A model generated the notes under the pieces. It was not told the origin of the DNA. It was given only the letters and a program-made list of their open reading frames with translations, and made no database searches. The translations under genes and the position numbers were made by a program. DNA of 64,000 nucleotides from Marsupella aquatica (taxonomy: Eukaryota > Plantae > Marchantiophyta). Shown one piece after another: positions 12,920-25,372 of the stretch. The stretch is taken from the NCBI GenBank assembly GCA_973895155.1, contig OZ316894.1, positions 12,564,828 through 12,628,827 on the forward strand, read 5' to 3'. The first letter of the stretch is position 1, and each line of letters starts with the position of its first letter.

Positions 12920-15900
12920 TTAGTCGTATAAACCAGCTTCCAAATTACCTTCAAGATTTACGATGTCCATGACTAATTTTTTCAGAGTGTCTAAATCCAA
13001 GGGCCCAAGGAAGCGTTGATGGTGCCCACTTTCTGATCCAAAGTCCTTCTGGGAACTATCGTCCACTCCTGGCGTCCATGTTCTTAGCCACCAGTTAATG
13101 CAATGTGCCTTAACATCAGGACAAGCGACAAGGGCTACATCATCACACCCTCCAAGTTGGAAAACTACACTAAGTACGTCCCTCGAGACCTTGAGCCCCA
13201 TAGTGATAGCCTCGTCATGAAGCCAAGAGACGAGCTCTTTCGCAACCTGCAATGTTTAGAGTTCAATCACTTCTCAGCACGCACTGCCAATATTCACTGC
13301 TTAATGAACTATATTTCATTGGATGAGTCAAATTCCAAACAACAATACAATTGACAAGTGATCAAACAAGGTTTTTGTATCCATACCTGAAAGAGGAGAA
13401 AAGTCGGAAGCTCCGATAGGCCAACGTTGTGCTTATTCGGTGGCAAGAATTCATGTGCAGAAGCCTGTGAAGAAGTTTCTAATCTCAAATCACCTTCAAG
13501 TCCTTCTACAGTCAAAGACTCGTCCCGCAATACGACGGTGCACTGAAATCTAACTTCTTGAGATTCAGCTGTGCCCCATTCTAAGCCTTTTCTGGCTGAG
13601 AATGTAGGAGTAGCTAGGGAGAGATCCCATGCAGAAACACGAGGGTGCCACGTGGGATGGAACAACAATTGAAAATGTGAAACTTGAGAGACCTGTTCAA
13701 GGTGCCAACATAACAATAAAACGCAGTCAATGTAAGCGAAAACAACACCAATACGAAGCATATGCGCGTCATAAATGTGCATCTTCTGCGGTCTCGACGA
13801 AAGAAGAGCAGGTAAATATCAGTGTCCTTCGGTATAAAAATCTTTTGCAGCAGAGAAGATTTGTGACACTCAATCAAATGCAACTGATTTGAGCATGAAA
13901 ATGCACATTGAACAATAAGGAGTTGCGAAGAGTTTTAAAGATGATTGTCTGTACCTGCTTCTCAAGTTCGGCAAGTACTCTATTGGATAAAACACGGTGG
14001 CGCATTATTGATGCAAAATGCCGTACTGCGCTTGATCCATCAGAACTTACTGCTTCCTTTCCACCCATTCCGGCAGTCACTGAAGCTTCTTTGGGCTTCG
14101 GAGCTCTATCAACACTCTTTCCCACGCCCATCTTAAACGTTACAAGACCAGGATCAAGTTCCACAGGAAACCCAAAAATGCCTTGATGAAATGCTTGATG
14201 TAAGCACACCACTAAACTAGAGTCACTTGAAACAGTTGTTCGCCCATCAAGTCTAGCACTAGACAGTTGCTTATTCAATCCGACAAATGCCTTAGTGCCA
14301 GCATCCTGCGCACTACTCCAAACGCTGCTGGGTTCACCTTCATCTTTGTCAAATTCACTCTCATGAAGCGCAGAGTGTGTGCCCTTGCTACACTTCTCAA
14401 TCTCCGACAGCTCGAGAGTGAGGCTAGCCGCGTGTCCAAGACTAACCTGTAGACACATGTCTCCAATCCCAATAACAATCATCCCTGAGTTGGGCAGGAC
14501 TGCTTCTCTGCCCACCCATTCAAATACCTGCACATTCAGAAAAGTAGAAGTTTACTCAATGCTGAATTACAACTTTACGTCAGCGACAAGTATATTTTGA
14601 TAATAAAGATTGCAAACCACATCACATCACGGATAATGCAATACAGCACGTGGCTGGAATTTGGCGTGCGAAGCTCGACGAGAAGGAAACGCGGAATGAT
14701 ACACCTAGTTCTTCAGTCATTAGGTTCCAAGACAGTACATGTTCATCGTATATAACACCTTGAATGTGTCTGAGAACAGCCTGTGCAGCCTTAGCACCAG
14801 CATCCACGCCCTCCCCAACTCCTCGCTCTGTCGAACTAGGATTTTTCTGATCAGTGCCTGGCACGTCTGAGAACTCTTCTCTGGGATCTTCCATTGCAGC
14901 ACCATCATCTTCTTCTTTACCATTCTGCCGTTCACACAAGGTCCGGCCGGTTTGAATATTACGCAGAGATAAATTTAGCTTGTTCAAAAGCCGCCCTGTA
15001 GGGGGCAATGCTTGGAGTAGACCCGTGGAATCTTGTTCAAGCCTAACGGACGACAATGCAGCAGCCCGTGCAGAAGCGACAGATGTGACATCGTCTGGAA
15101 GAGCCAACGATAGATCTATGGAAAATCCTGCACTTTCACCAGGTCCTGCTGCTACCCCTCTTTGCCGCTTTACTTTCCAATTGCGCTGAAGTCTGACAAC
15201 CAAATAATATTTCAAAATGATATGAGACTCAAAAGTTTCATTCACATAATATTTCTTACGTATCGCTTTCATTCAATTAAGGGAATCTCAAGCGATATCG
15301 GCGTAAGAGAAATCAGATCTACGGCACGAGGTAGTACATAACATAAAACAAGAAACATCTGCAGCTTCTTTCACTTAGAACTATCAAGGATAGCTAAGAA
15401 AGAAGGATGATTCACCCATCAGGAGTAACGTTTCACCTCATCAGAGCGCCATAGAAGACAGCCTCCCTTTCTACTTGCCGCTCCAATGCTTCTGCAGTTC
15501 GTCTTAAAAATTTCCCCACATCCTGAAGAAATAATCCGTCCAGACACAGTAGTGTGCATCATAAGCAAGCCCCATTTACCACTTCATTCACCGCTTATTA
15601 CTGCACAATCAGGAAAACAATATGTACTCACGAGGTAGCTGAAAGCCAGAGACTAAAGCCAGACCCACATCATTGTCTTGACATGGTATCCGATTCCACC
15701 AAGACTACCCGAAGAGACATTTGTTTATTTCTAACAGAAATGGAATATGTCCGAAAAATCAAGTCACCACGGATGATAGCATTGATCTTCCAACGTCCGC
15801 AATCAAATTCTGGCCTTACAACGGTTGGTATAATATCAGGTGAAATGTGGCTTTAGCTGGAAATACAACTCACCAAAAATTGACGAATCTTTGAAGATGC

Positions 15901-16604
15901 ACGGAGAGCGAGATCGTTGAAAGCCTCATGAGGTAGCAACTTCTGCTTGTTCATGTTGGTGACGGTGATAGCGTCATTTGTTTCCACCTGATCAATAGGG
16001 TTTCAATTGTCAAACTTCACCACACTTTGAATGTGCGGGAAACGCGGGAACGGGGACTTTGAAACAAGCACAACAAGCATTCAGCGAACGATAGTTCCAT
16101 GCCACACATTACATGAGTTATGAAGTCCAAAATTATGTTGAGCTCTTGCTGAGCCTGTTGCAGATTTTCAACGAGGCCCTGCCATTGCCAGACAGTAGGT
16201 GTCGCAGGAGCCGGGTCCTTTCCAGTCTTCGCCTTCTTGGAATCCTGACCGATGGTTTCACCGAAGTCAATACGCCCCAGCAATGCTAAGGGCTTCTCTT
16301 CCGGTGTCGGTTCTCTGCATCAGGAGCAGCACCAACAATTCACACCAACGAAGTCGATTAGACTTAACACACAATCCATCTCACACCGAAAACCTTTCTC
16401 CCGCTCTTTCTGTCCACATCGATGTCAATCACTTGACCTAGAGAACGTTCCTTCCAAGAGTTAGTGCTACCGGAGGACAGGCACAAATGATGGCAAGAAA
16501 ACTCACACGGGCAGAATCTCATTGCCGCTCTCTTCCAAAGCCAAAACTCGTTTCAACGGGAGAACATCAATCGTTACTGCCGGTGCCGGCAACTGGCTCG
16601 TCAT
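12920..16604 (-). CDS. MED17: Mediator of RNA polymerase II transcription subunit 17, 8 exons, ~719 aa
   Basis: Exons (minus strand): 16604-16507, 16314-16113, 15987-15874, 15522-15437, 15192-14739, 14527-13955, 13692-13387, 13246-12920. GT-AG introns, total 2160 nt. Motifs matching plant MED17: LPLKRVLALEESG, RIDF, WQWQGLVENLQQAQQEL, REAVFYGALMRLQRNWKVKRQR, LFQVAKELVSWLHDEA, RFLGPLDLDTL. Confidence 0.9.
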
Positions 16605-17751
16605 CGCTCGTCGGCTGAACCCTCTCGATCAAACTCGCCACACAAGGTGTGTTTCTATGTCTTGCAGTCGAAGAGCGGTCGGAATATGTTCGATATGGTT
16701 TCCATTTCGAACATGGAGCAAGGTAACATGATCTTGCGCAGGGCAGCACACCCAAAAGAATTCAAGCGCGAAGAAGCGAAGATCCCTATTAACAAGGAAC
16801 GATGGCGGTGCCGATTTGACGCAGCGACAGTACTGAAGGTAGAAGCAACCCTTCTCACGGTGATGAGACAGTAAACCAACTCCCGAGCGAAGAGCGACGA
16901 GCGAATGGCGCGAAGTAAAGACGTCAAAGGCCCATTGCTGATGTTGTCACGTAATCACGATGAAGTTGTCGAGCAGAAGCTTGATATGAGGCCTCGGGCA
17001 TTGCGTTGTGAAGCAAGGGGCAAGGTCAAAAACATCAAGGAAGGTGTTCTAGGGCTCAACAAGGCTTGGGTAGGGAAAAATGCCCCCAATGAATTTCCCT
17101 CGTAGGGGCGTACAAGGGCAGGGAGAATTTCCTAAAAAGATTCTTTAGTATAGGCTTAAATTTTGATCGAAGATCAAAGATTTGGAGAGGCAAATTGGGT
17201 TGGGGGGGTTGGAGCCTTTGTTACTCACGGTCAAAGGGTTATCTGGTCTGCTTGTCAATCCTACCAAACAACAACCAAGCTGCATTCAGTTCCCCATGGG
17301 AGCTTGCGTTGGGGAGATAACGTAGAGTAGGCATGGGTGTTGGGGTCCAAGTGCATATTGCCCTTAGACTCTTGTTTGAGTTAGAGTTATGGAGATGGTT
17401 GATAGAGTAATGTTTGATACAAGCTTTGGGGCAAGCTAATTATTTGGGTCAAGGGCATGACTTGGAGGCAGGCGACTGATGACAAATAGAAAGTGGAGAA
17501 GCTTGAGCAACACCCAAAGGGTTGTTCTGTATGAACAATGGGTGCCAACCTTAGCGTCTGCTTATGGCAATGCCATGTGGGTCTGGGAGACTCTGTCCAC
17601 TAACCTACCTACTAACAACTGTTGAGTCTAAGGGAAAACAATGGTCTTGGGATCGAAGATCAAGGAGAGTTACTGACCGATGAGGTTGGTTGCTTGTGCA
17701 AATAGTAGAGGTTGTTGACTACACTCGTGCTGAGGAGCAAGTGCCGCTCTT

Positions 17752-18824
17752 GGGGTCTCACTATATAAAGGCCTCCCCATCACCTACGACATTTTTAGGC
17801 CTTGAACCCCATAAAATGTAAGAGAATTTTTTTAACCTTTATAAAGTTGGAAAAATTTTGGAATGTTCCAAAATTTTGACTAAAAAAACCGTAATAATCT
17901 TATGTCTCAAATTGGATTTCAAAGACCCTATTGTTCTTATGAGAAAATTCTTAAGTTTGTCCTTAGAACCAATAAACCGACCATATCCTTTGTCGCACCT
18001 GATATGTCATTTTTGTGGAAGTGAAACCTCATAGGTGCAAGTCCTTTGTATGGGAGTTTCCGCTCACTGGAAGTGACAAAGACATCAAGTTGCTCCACAA
18101 AACTCCACAAAAGGAGGCAGTACTTAAGCAAGAGTATTGGGTGGTGAGGGCGCTAGGTGGCTAGGTCCACCACTTAAGAGTCGGCCGGTCCTCCCTAAGC
18201 TTGGCCCTTCCCATGACCCGACCAGCTCCCAACGCTAGTTTAAGTCCCTTGTATGTGCCACTAGCTCAACTTATTGTCTTTGTTAGTGCAACACTTCCTT
18301 GTCCACAACTCTCCCAATACTTAGTCCCCAACAAATGGCCGTCCCGAGGGCCTGGACCATGGAGGAGCTCAATGTTGGAGTGAGTGATGCCAAAGCTAAG
18401 TGCTAGGGTACTCAAGTTCTACAACTTTTCCCTTTAGAAGAGCGATCATCGCGCTTCACGACTTGGGCTTGCCCTACCTCAATGGGAGACACCACTCCCC
18501 TTGTATATGCCTTTGAAGACCTGCCACCCCCTTGGGGGTTTCACTTTCACAAAAATAACACATCACGTGCGACGAAGGATAGGGTCATTTTATTGGTTTG
18601 AAGGGAAGACTTAAGAATTTTCTCAAAAGAACAATAGGGTCTTTTAAATCCAATTTTGATACTTATAAGAACATTAGGGTCTTTCTAACCATATTTGGAA
18701 GATTCTGAGAATATTCCAACTTTATAGGGGTTGAAAAATAAATATTTTTTCTTACATTTTATAGGGGGTCCGAGGCCTAAAAACATTGCAGGTGATGGGG
18801 GAGGCATCCATATAGTGAGACCCC
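17752..18824. mobile_element. Foldback / long-TIR non-autonomous element (MITE/MULE-like), ~290-bp diverged inverted arms
   Basis: 17752-~18040 (GGGGTCTCACTATAT...AAGTGAAACC) is the reverse complement of ~18535-18824 (GGTTTCACTT...ATATAGTGAGACCCC), roughly 75-80% identical by eye. The spacer is ~500 bp and non-coding. No clear TSD. Confidence 0.75.
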
Positions 18825-18969
18825 CGAGGCCACCCTGGACCAACTTTGATCCCCTATTTTTGGCCCCACACCAGGACGTCAACCAAGTTGATTGGACGCA
18901 AAATTAACTTGTCAAGCCCATAACTTTCTAGTTAGACATCCGTAGGTGAAGTGCCTTAGACCATTATGA

Positions 18970-19372
18970 TGTTGGGTATTTACTCTTACGTCTAGGTTAG
19001 GTATGACGTGGTTGGTACAACAACGTGGGTTGGTACAACTACGTGGTTAGGTACAACTACGTGATTAGGTACAACTATGTGGTTAGGTACAACTACGTGG
19101 TTAGGTACAACTAAGTTGCACACTATATCATAAGAGGCATGTGTGCTTGGAGAGGTAGAACCAAGGCTCATTATTATGGAGCCACTTGAGAGATAGGGAG
19201 AGCTTACACTGTGGAGACTCGGTATAGCCGACGGGCTTAGAGTTCAGTAAAGCTCTCTTGTGTGTTCCCGTGGACGTAGCCTCAAGGAGGTGAACCACGT
19301 ATTTCTTGTGTCGACTATTGTGCGTTGGATGGTTCATGGGCTTGCCGTTGCGATCGTCGTCTATGCTCAACA
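18970..19372 (+). repeat. 5' LTR of copia element (403 bp)
   Basis: TGTTGGGTATTTACTC...CTATGCTCAACA. Near-identical to 24269-24653 apart from one extra 18-bp unit and ~4 substitutions. Confidence 0.96.
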
Positions 19373-19374
19373 AT

Positions 19375-19386
19375 TGGTATCAGAGC
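19375..19386 (+). other. Primer-binding site (tRNA-iMet)
   Basis: TGGTATCAGAGC 2 nt after the 5' LTR; the canonical plant initiator-Met PBS. Confidence 0.93.
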
Positions 19387-19811
19387 ATGCTTGGGAGGTG
19401 ACGTGTGTTCGTGACGGGATTTCATGACGGTTTTTCCAGCGTTAAGTGTCGGTGGATTTCCCAGAGTTCCGTCGCATGGAACTTGAAGTTTATTGGCTCA
19501 ACGGATAGATCAGGGCAAGAGCTTTCTAACGGTGTGAAGAAATTGCTGAACGGAGCTCGTGGTGCAGAGAGATCTAAGTTTTTGTCGTTCTGGATTTTGT
19601 GAAGAAAGTTGGCAATCGACTCGGAGGGAGAAGCGTCAAGTGTTTTGACTCAACGGAGAGATTGAGGCAAGACGATTGTTTTGAGTCCGGGATTGGCTCT
19701 TTGATGCAAAGAGGAAGGCTAAGCAAAAATCAATTACCTTGTTGGACTTGGTAACGGCACCAAGTGCAATTGATCAACATTCGTTGTTGACAAGAGGAGT
19801 TTTTCGAAGAC

Positions 19812-22800
19812 GTGGAACTTGAAGTACGAGGATCACCGCGGAGGTTTCTGGGGCAGAGAGAGGAGCAGGAGGAAGAGCACGTGACACCGATACCATCACC
19901 GGTGCGGCGTGTAGTGGAGGAAGCAGTACTACTACCGGAGCTCACGGTAGTGCCAAAGAAGAAGATGGGGACTTTCAAGCTTGGGGGACCCAAGTATGAA
20001 GTGACAAAGTATGATGGGCGCTCTAACTACTTGCTATGGGAGAAGCAGGTGAAGGGAGTGCTCTATGCGTCAGGGATGGGCCAACTGCTGAGCCCTCGTG
20101 AAGACGATGTTGATGAGAAACAATGGGACCGCATGCAGGAGCAGGGAGTGTGGTGTGTTACACTCTATCTCATGCCTCCCATCATCAAGCAGTTGGGTGC
20201 ACATAAGGATTGCATGTCCTTGTTTGCAGAATTGCAGAGCAAGTATCACCGCAAGGAGTTGTCGAACCGGCTCTACACTTCCTACAAACTGATGAGTTTC
20301 AGGATGAAGGAATCCGGTACAAAGTTGCAAGACCATGTGGATGCTTTCAACGACATGGTCGTTGACTTGGAAAACCTTGGGGAGACTTTGAATGATGAGA
20401 CGAAGGCTCTGCAGCTTCTTAGTTCATTGCCTCCATCTTACCAGTCCCTATCATGAGTGTTGTTGTATCGTGATAGGGATACCATTTCATACAATGACGT
20501 GGTAAGTTTTCTGCTTAGTGATGATCTTCAGCAGAAGATGCACATCACGTCAAAGCCTTCATCATCTAGTGCTGCCCTCAATGTTAACCGTGGGAGAAGT
20601 ATGCAGCGACCAACTGGGGACCGTAGAACCCAGTTTAGATCTAAATCCAGATCTAAGTCCAAGGGTAAATCCCCTCAGAGGAGGCAGGTAACATGTTGGA
20701 AGTGCAACCAAGTTGGACACTTCAAGCGAGACTGTAAGGGAAAGGCAGCGGAAACTTCATCGACAAATGTGGCTAGGGCTGATGAAGAAGCTGATTTACT
20801 CAATGATGAGTATGTTTTATGAAGCCGGGAGTATGCCCTGTGCACATTATCTAGGAGAGCAGATGATGTGTGGATTCTTGATTGTGCTTGCTCTTTTCAT
20901 ATTTGTTACATTCGTGAGTTTTTCAGTTTTTACTCTGTTTCAAACGGTTCAGTTCTGATGGGAAATGATCACTCCTGTCAAATTGAGGGAATTGGGTCTG
21001 TGAAGATTCAAATGTTTGATGGCGCTGTGCGCACAGTGTCCGGAGTCAGGTATGTACCTGGCATGCGTAAGAATCTGATTTCACTCGGTGTGTTGGATTC
21101 AAATGGTCATCAATGGAGCGTTATTGATGGTGAACTTCAAGTCAGGTCGGGAGAGACAGTGATTTTGAAGGGGAGTAGACAAAAGAATTTGTATGTGTTA
21201 CAGGGCAATACTGTATGTGGAGAGGCCAATGTAACCAAGTCTCACGAGGAGATGACTCAACTGTGGCATTCACGGCTAGGCCACATGAGTGAGAAGGGTT
21301 TGGCTATCTTACGGAAAAATGGACTCATTTTTGATTTGCAATCTTGTAAATTAGAGTTTTGTGAGCATTGCATTCTTGGAAAGCAGCATCGTCGTGCTTT
21401 TGGTGTTGGAACTCATCGTTCCAAAGCGGTTCCTGAGTACATACATAGTGACGTGTGGGGTCCATCCCCGACTCCCTCACACTCTGGAAAGTTGTACTAT
21501 GTATCATTTATTGATGATTACTCAAAATTTGTGTGGATTTATTTCATGACGCATAAGTCTGATGTCTTGTCCATTTTTAAGAAATGGAAGGCCCAGGTGG
21601 AGAATCAGACTGGAAACACGATCAAGTGTTTGGATACAAGGGTGAAGAGTCTGAGGTCAGACAACGGCGGGGAGTACACTTCAATGGAATTTGAAGAGTA
21701 CTGTTCAGAACATGGGATAACTCGCCATCTCACCACAGTTTATACTCCGCAGCAGAATGGTGTCGTTGAGAGGCTCAATCGGACACTGTTGGAGCGGTCA
21801 CGGAGTATGTTGAGCCAATCAGGTTTACCACAAGAATTTTGGGCAGAAGCTGTCAATACCGCAGCTTATTTGGTAAATCTTTCTCCTTCTAGTGCTATCA
21901 ATTTCAAAACGCCGTTTGAGATGCGCTATAAGCGGCAAGCAGACTATCATGGCTTGGTAGTTTTTGGAAGTGATGCATATGCTCTCACACCGAAGCAGAA
22001 TAGGACCAAGTTGGATCCTACCTCCAAGAAATGTGTTTTTCTTGGGTACCAGAGTGGTGTGAAAGCCTATAGGCTATGGGATCCTATTGCCTGTAAGCTC
22101 GTTGTCAGTAGGGATGTTTCCTTCAATGAATCCAGATTATTGAAGGAGGGGGAGAATACTCAGGGCTCCCGTACTGACAAAGGAAAATCTCCTATCCCGG
22201 ATCTCGTTGAGGGGGAGATTGGTTATGAGGTGCATGACCGGAGAGAAGGAGTTGCTCCAATTATGGAGCTGGTTCCTGTGCCAGAGGAACCAGAGGAGTT
22301 TGTTGATGCTGGTGAGCAACAAATGGATGCTGTTGAGCTTCAAATTATACCAGCACACGCAGATCAATCGGAGTCATCGACTAGAAGAATATCTGGTCGC
22401 ACTGTACGCGCTCCACCAAGGTATGGACAGTGGGTTGATTCATCTCAACTGCAAGAGGATGATTTTACAGCTGATAATGAGGGTGATGCGTTAATTTTGG
22501 AAATTTCATGAGGCAAGTGCTTCAAAGGAGAAGCAGAAGTGGACTGCAGCAATGCAAACGGAGATGCAGTCACTAAAGGACAACAAAACTTGGGAGCTTG
22601 TTAAGCTGCCTAAGGGTCAGCAAGTGGTGGACAGCAAGTGGATTTACAAGCTGAAGGATAATTCCATAGGAGGTGGATCGAAGGTCTACAAGGCTAGGTT
22701 GGTAGCAAAGGGATTCACACAAGAGAAAGGTGTGGATTATAATGAGGTCTTCTCACCAGTTGCTAAGTACTCTACAATACGACTATTGTGTGTACTTGTT

Positions 22801-24078
22801 GTAATGTTTGGTCTGTTGCTAGATCAGATGGATGTTGCCACAACTTTCCTCTATGGCACATTGGAAGAGGTGATCTTCATGAGACAACCTCTAGATTTTG
22901 TGAAGAGAGGACAGGAGAAATTGGTTTGCAGATTGCTGAAATCCTTGTATGGGTTGAAGCAGTCATCAAGACAGTGGAACAAGCGGTTTGACGATTGGAT
23001 TCGGTCACAAGGTTTTCACAGAAGTGTATTTGACCCTTGTGTGTATTTAAAACCGGTAAAGAATGTTGTCTTTGGGTTCATTGTTTTAGTACTTTATGTG
23101 AATGATATGCTAATTGCAGCCAAGGATAGGTCTGAGATTGTTAAGCTCAAGGCACTGCTTAGTGCAGAGTTTAAGATGAAGGACTTAGGGCCAACTAAGA
23201 GGATTTTGGGTATGGAGATCACTAGGGACTTGGAGGCTGGCAAGCTATGGTTGACGCAGAGCAGTTATGCGAGGAAGGTAATTGCAAGGTTCAACATGGG
23301 GAATAGCAAGCCAGTAAGTACCCCGTTGGCTCCACACTTCAAGTTATCATCAGCGTTCTGTCCTACGGATGACACAGAGAAGGGGTTGATGTCAAAGGTT
23401 CCGTATGACAAGGCAGTGGGGAGTCTCATGTATTTGATGACTTGCACTAGACCTGATCTTGCCATGGCTATGGGCAAGGTGAGCAAGTACATGTCGAATC
23501 CAGGGAAGGTACACTGGGAAGCAGTGAAGTGGATTATCAGGTACTTGAAAGGTACCGTGGATCATGGTCTTTTATTTGATGCGAATGCAAAGAATGCTAA
23601 ATCATTGATTGGCTATGTTGATTCTGACTATGGACAAGATTTGGACCGAAGGAGATCAACAACAGGATACGTGTTCACACTTGGCGGTGAATGCATAAGT
23701 TGAAGATCTACTTTGCAGAAGTGTATTGCTCAGTCTACTACAGAAGCGGAGTATGTTGCAGCTGCGGAAGCAGCAAAGGAAGCGATTTGGTTGGATAGAC
23801 TTATCACTGAAATGAGATTGCCACAGGGGAATGTGAAGCTCCATTGTGATAGTCAAAGTGCGCTCCACCTTGCTGTGAACCAGGTGATGGACAGCAGAGC
23901 GAAGCACATTGATGTCAGGTACCATTTTATCAGGCAGGCTGTGTCTGATAATTTGTTTGAGCTAGTCAAGATTGATGGTAAACTCAACCCGGCTGACGCA
24001 TTTACCAAAGTGATTTCTTTGGAGAGTTTCTCTAGACACCATGACGTATTGCAGGTTTTGCAATTGCATCACAAGTAG
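19812..24078 (+). pseudogene. Copia gag-pol polyprotein pseudogene
   Basis: Gag (KYDGRSNYLLW, LLSSLPPSY, CCHC knuckle CWKCNQVGHFKRDC), protease (WILDCACSFHIC), GAG-pre-integrase (LWHSRLGH), integrase (YIHSDVWGP, LRSDNGGEY, PQQNGVVER), RT (YKARLVAKGF, SLYGLKQ, YVND) and RNase H (GYVDSD, STTEAEY, KHIDVRYHF). In-frame TGA at 20454, 20820 and 23701, and a frameshift near 22500. Confidence 0.95.
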
Positions 24079-24268
24079 AGTTTTCTTAACATTCATTGTA
24101 ATTACTGATATATGCTCTTCCTCATTCCTATGTATTAGGCTACGGCTTAGTTCTGGTTTACTCTAGTTAGAGAGGGAAACCGGTTTGGTTTTTGTCCAGA
24201 ACTTCCCGCTGAGGGATCATATACATTGGCAGTATTACTCTCCCCTAGACCAGAGTCAAGGGGAAGAT

Positions 24269-24653
24269 TGTTGGGTATTTACTCTTACGTCTAGGTTAGG
24301 TATGACGTGGTTGGTACAACAACTAGGGTTGGTACAACTACGTGGTTAGGTACAACTACGTGATTAGGTACAACTATGTGGTTAGGTACAACTAAGTTGC
24401 ACACTATATCATAAGAGGCATGTGTGCTTGGAGAGGTAGAACCAAGGCTCATTGTTATGGAGCCACTTGAGAGATAGGGAGAGCTTACACTGTGGAGACT
24501 CGGTATAGCCGACGGGCTTAGAGTTCAGTAAAGCTCTCTTGTGTGTTCCCGTGGATGTAGCCTCAAGGAGGTGAACCACGTATTTCTTGTGTCGACTATT
24601 GTGCGTTGGATGGTTCATGGGCTTGCCGTTGCGATCGTCGTCTATGCTCAACA
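24269..24653 (+). repeat. 3' LTR of copia element (385 bp)
   Basis: Preceded by the purine tract AAGGGGAAGA and followed by TSD TATGA. Confidence 0.96.
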
Positions 24654-25178
24654 TATGATTGGGCCAATGTGGTGCTTGTGCCCAAGCCCTCAAAGCTCAT
24701 GGCCCTTTGGGAGTCCCAGGCGGCTCCACCCGAGAGCCACCTATTCTCATGCGTAAGCGCCCATTTTGCATGAACTAAACTCCTATGCAATCGGGCCCAA
24801 GACAAGCTCTCACTAAAGCCCTCAAAACACAAGGTCCATCTGAGGGTTTGGACGCTCAGCCCCAAGCCCAACCCATCTCATGACCCAACCAGCCCTTTAT
24901 GCTAGTATGCGTCCCTTGTGCATGACTTTAGCTCAACGTCTCGCCTTTGCTAGAGCAACACTCTTGCTCTCAAGTCTCCTCATACTGAGTCCCATCCGGA
25001 TGGCCGTCCTAGTCGGGCCCATAGGGGAGCTTGACATCGGAATCAACAACGCCGAAGCTAAGTGGTAGGGTAGTTGGGGTTTGCGACTCATTTACAAAAC
25101 CATTCATGGAAAACTATAAGTGCCTCTTCAACATTTGCAAGGTATTGAAGATTCTAGTCTGTATCTTCACCCTCAAAA

Positions 25179-25372
25179 TACTGCACATATACTATGCACA
25201 CACTCTACCATGCAACAACTCGGGTCAATTTCAGCAAGTTTAGAAGCGCAACTTCTAAAAACAAATATGAACCATACTGCACATATACACTAATGCAGAC
25301 ACTCTGCCATGCAACAGCTCGGGTCAATTTCAGCAAGTTAGAAGCTCAACTTCCAAAAACAAATATGAACCA
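25179..25372. repeat. ~97-bp tandem duplication (2 copies)
   Basis: TACTGCACATATAC...CTCGGGTCAATTTCAGCAAGTT...AAAAACAAATATGAACCA occurs twice in tandem. Confidence 0.85.

Larger units (their letters stand above)
18970..24653 (+). mobile_element. Full-length Ty1/copia LTR retrotransposon (Tork/Tnt1-like), coding region inactivated
   Basis: LTRs 18970-19372 and 24269-24653 (TG...CA). TSD TATGA at 18965-18969 and 24654-24658. PBS TGGTATCAGAGC; purine tract before the 3' LTR; domain order gag-PR-IN-RT-RH. Confidence 0.97.

Noticed and set aside
16385-16440. Candidate extra MED17 exon (QVIDIDVDRKSGRKVF)
   Set aside because: The exon at 16604-16507 matches the MED17 N-terminus better and splices in phase directly to 16314.
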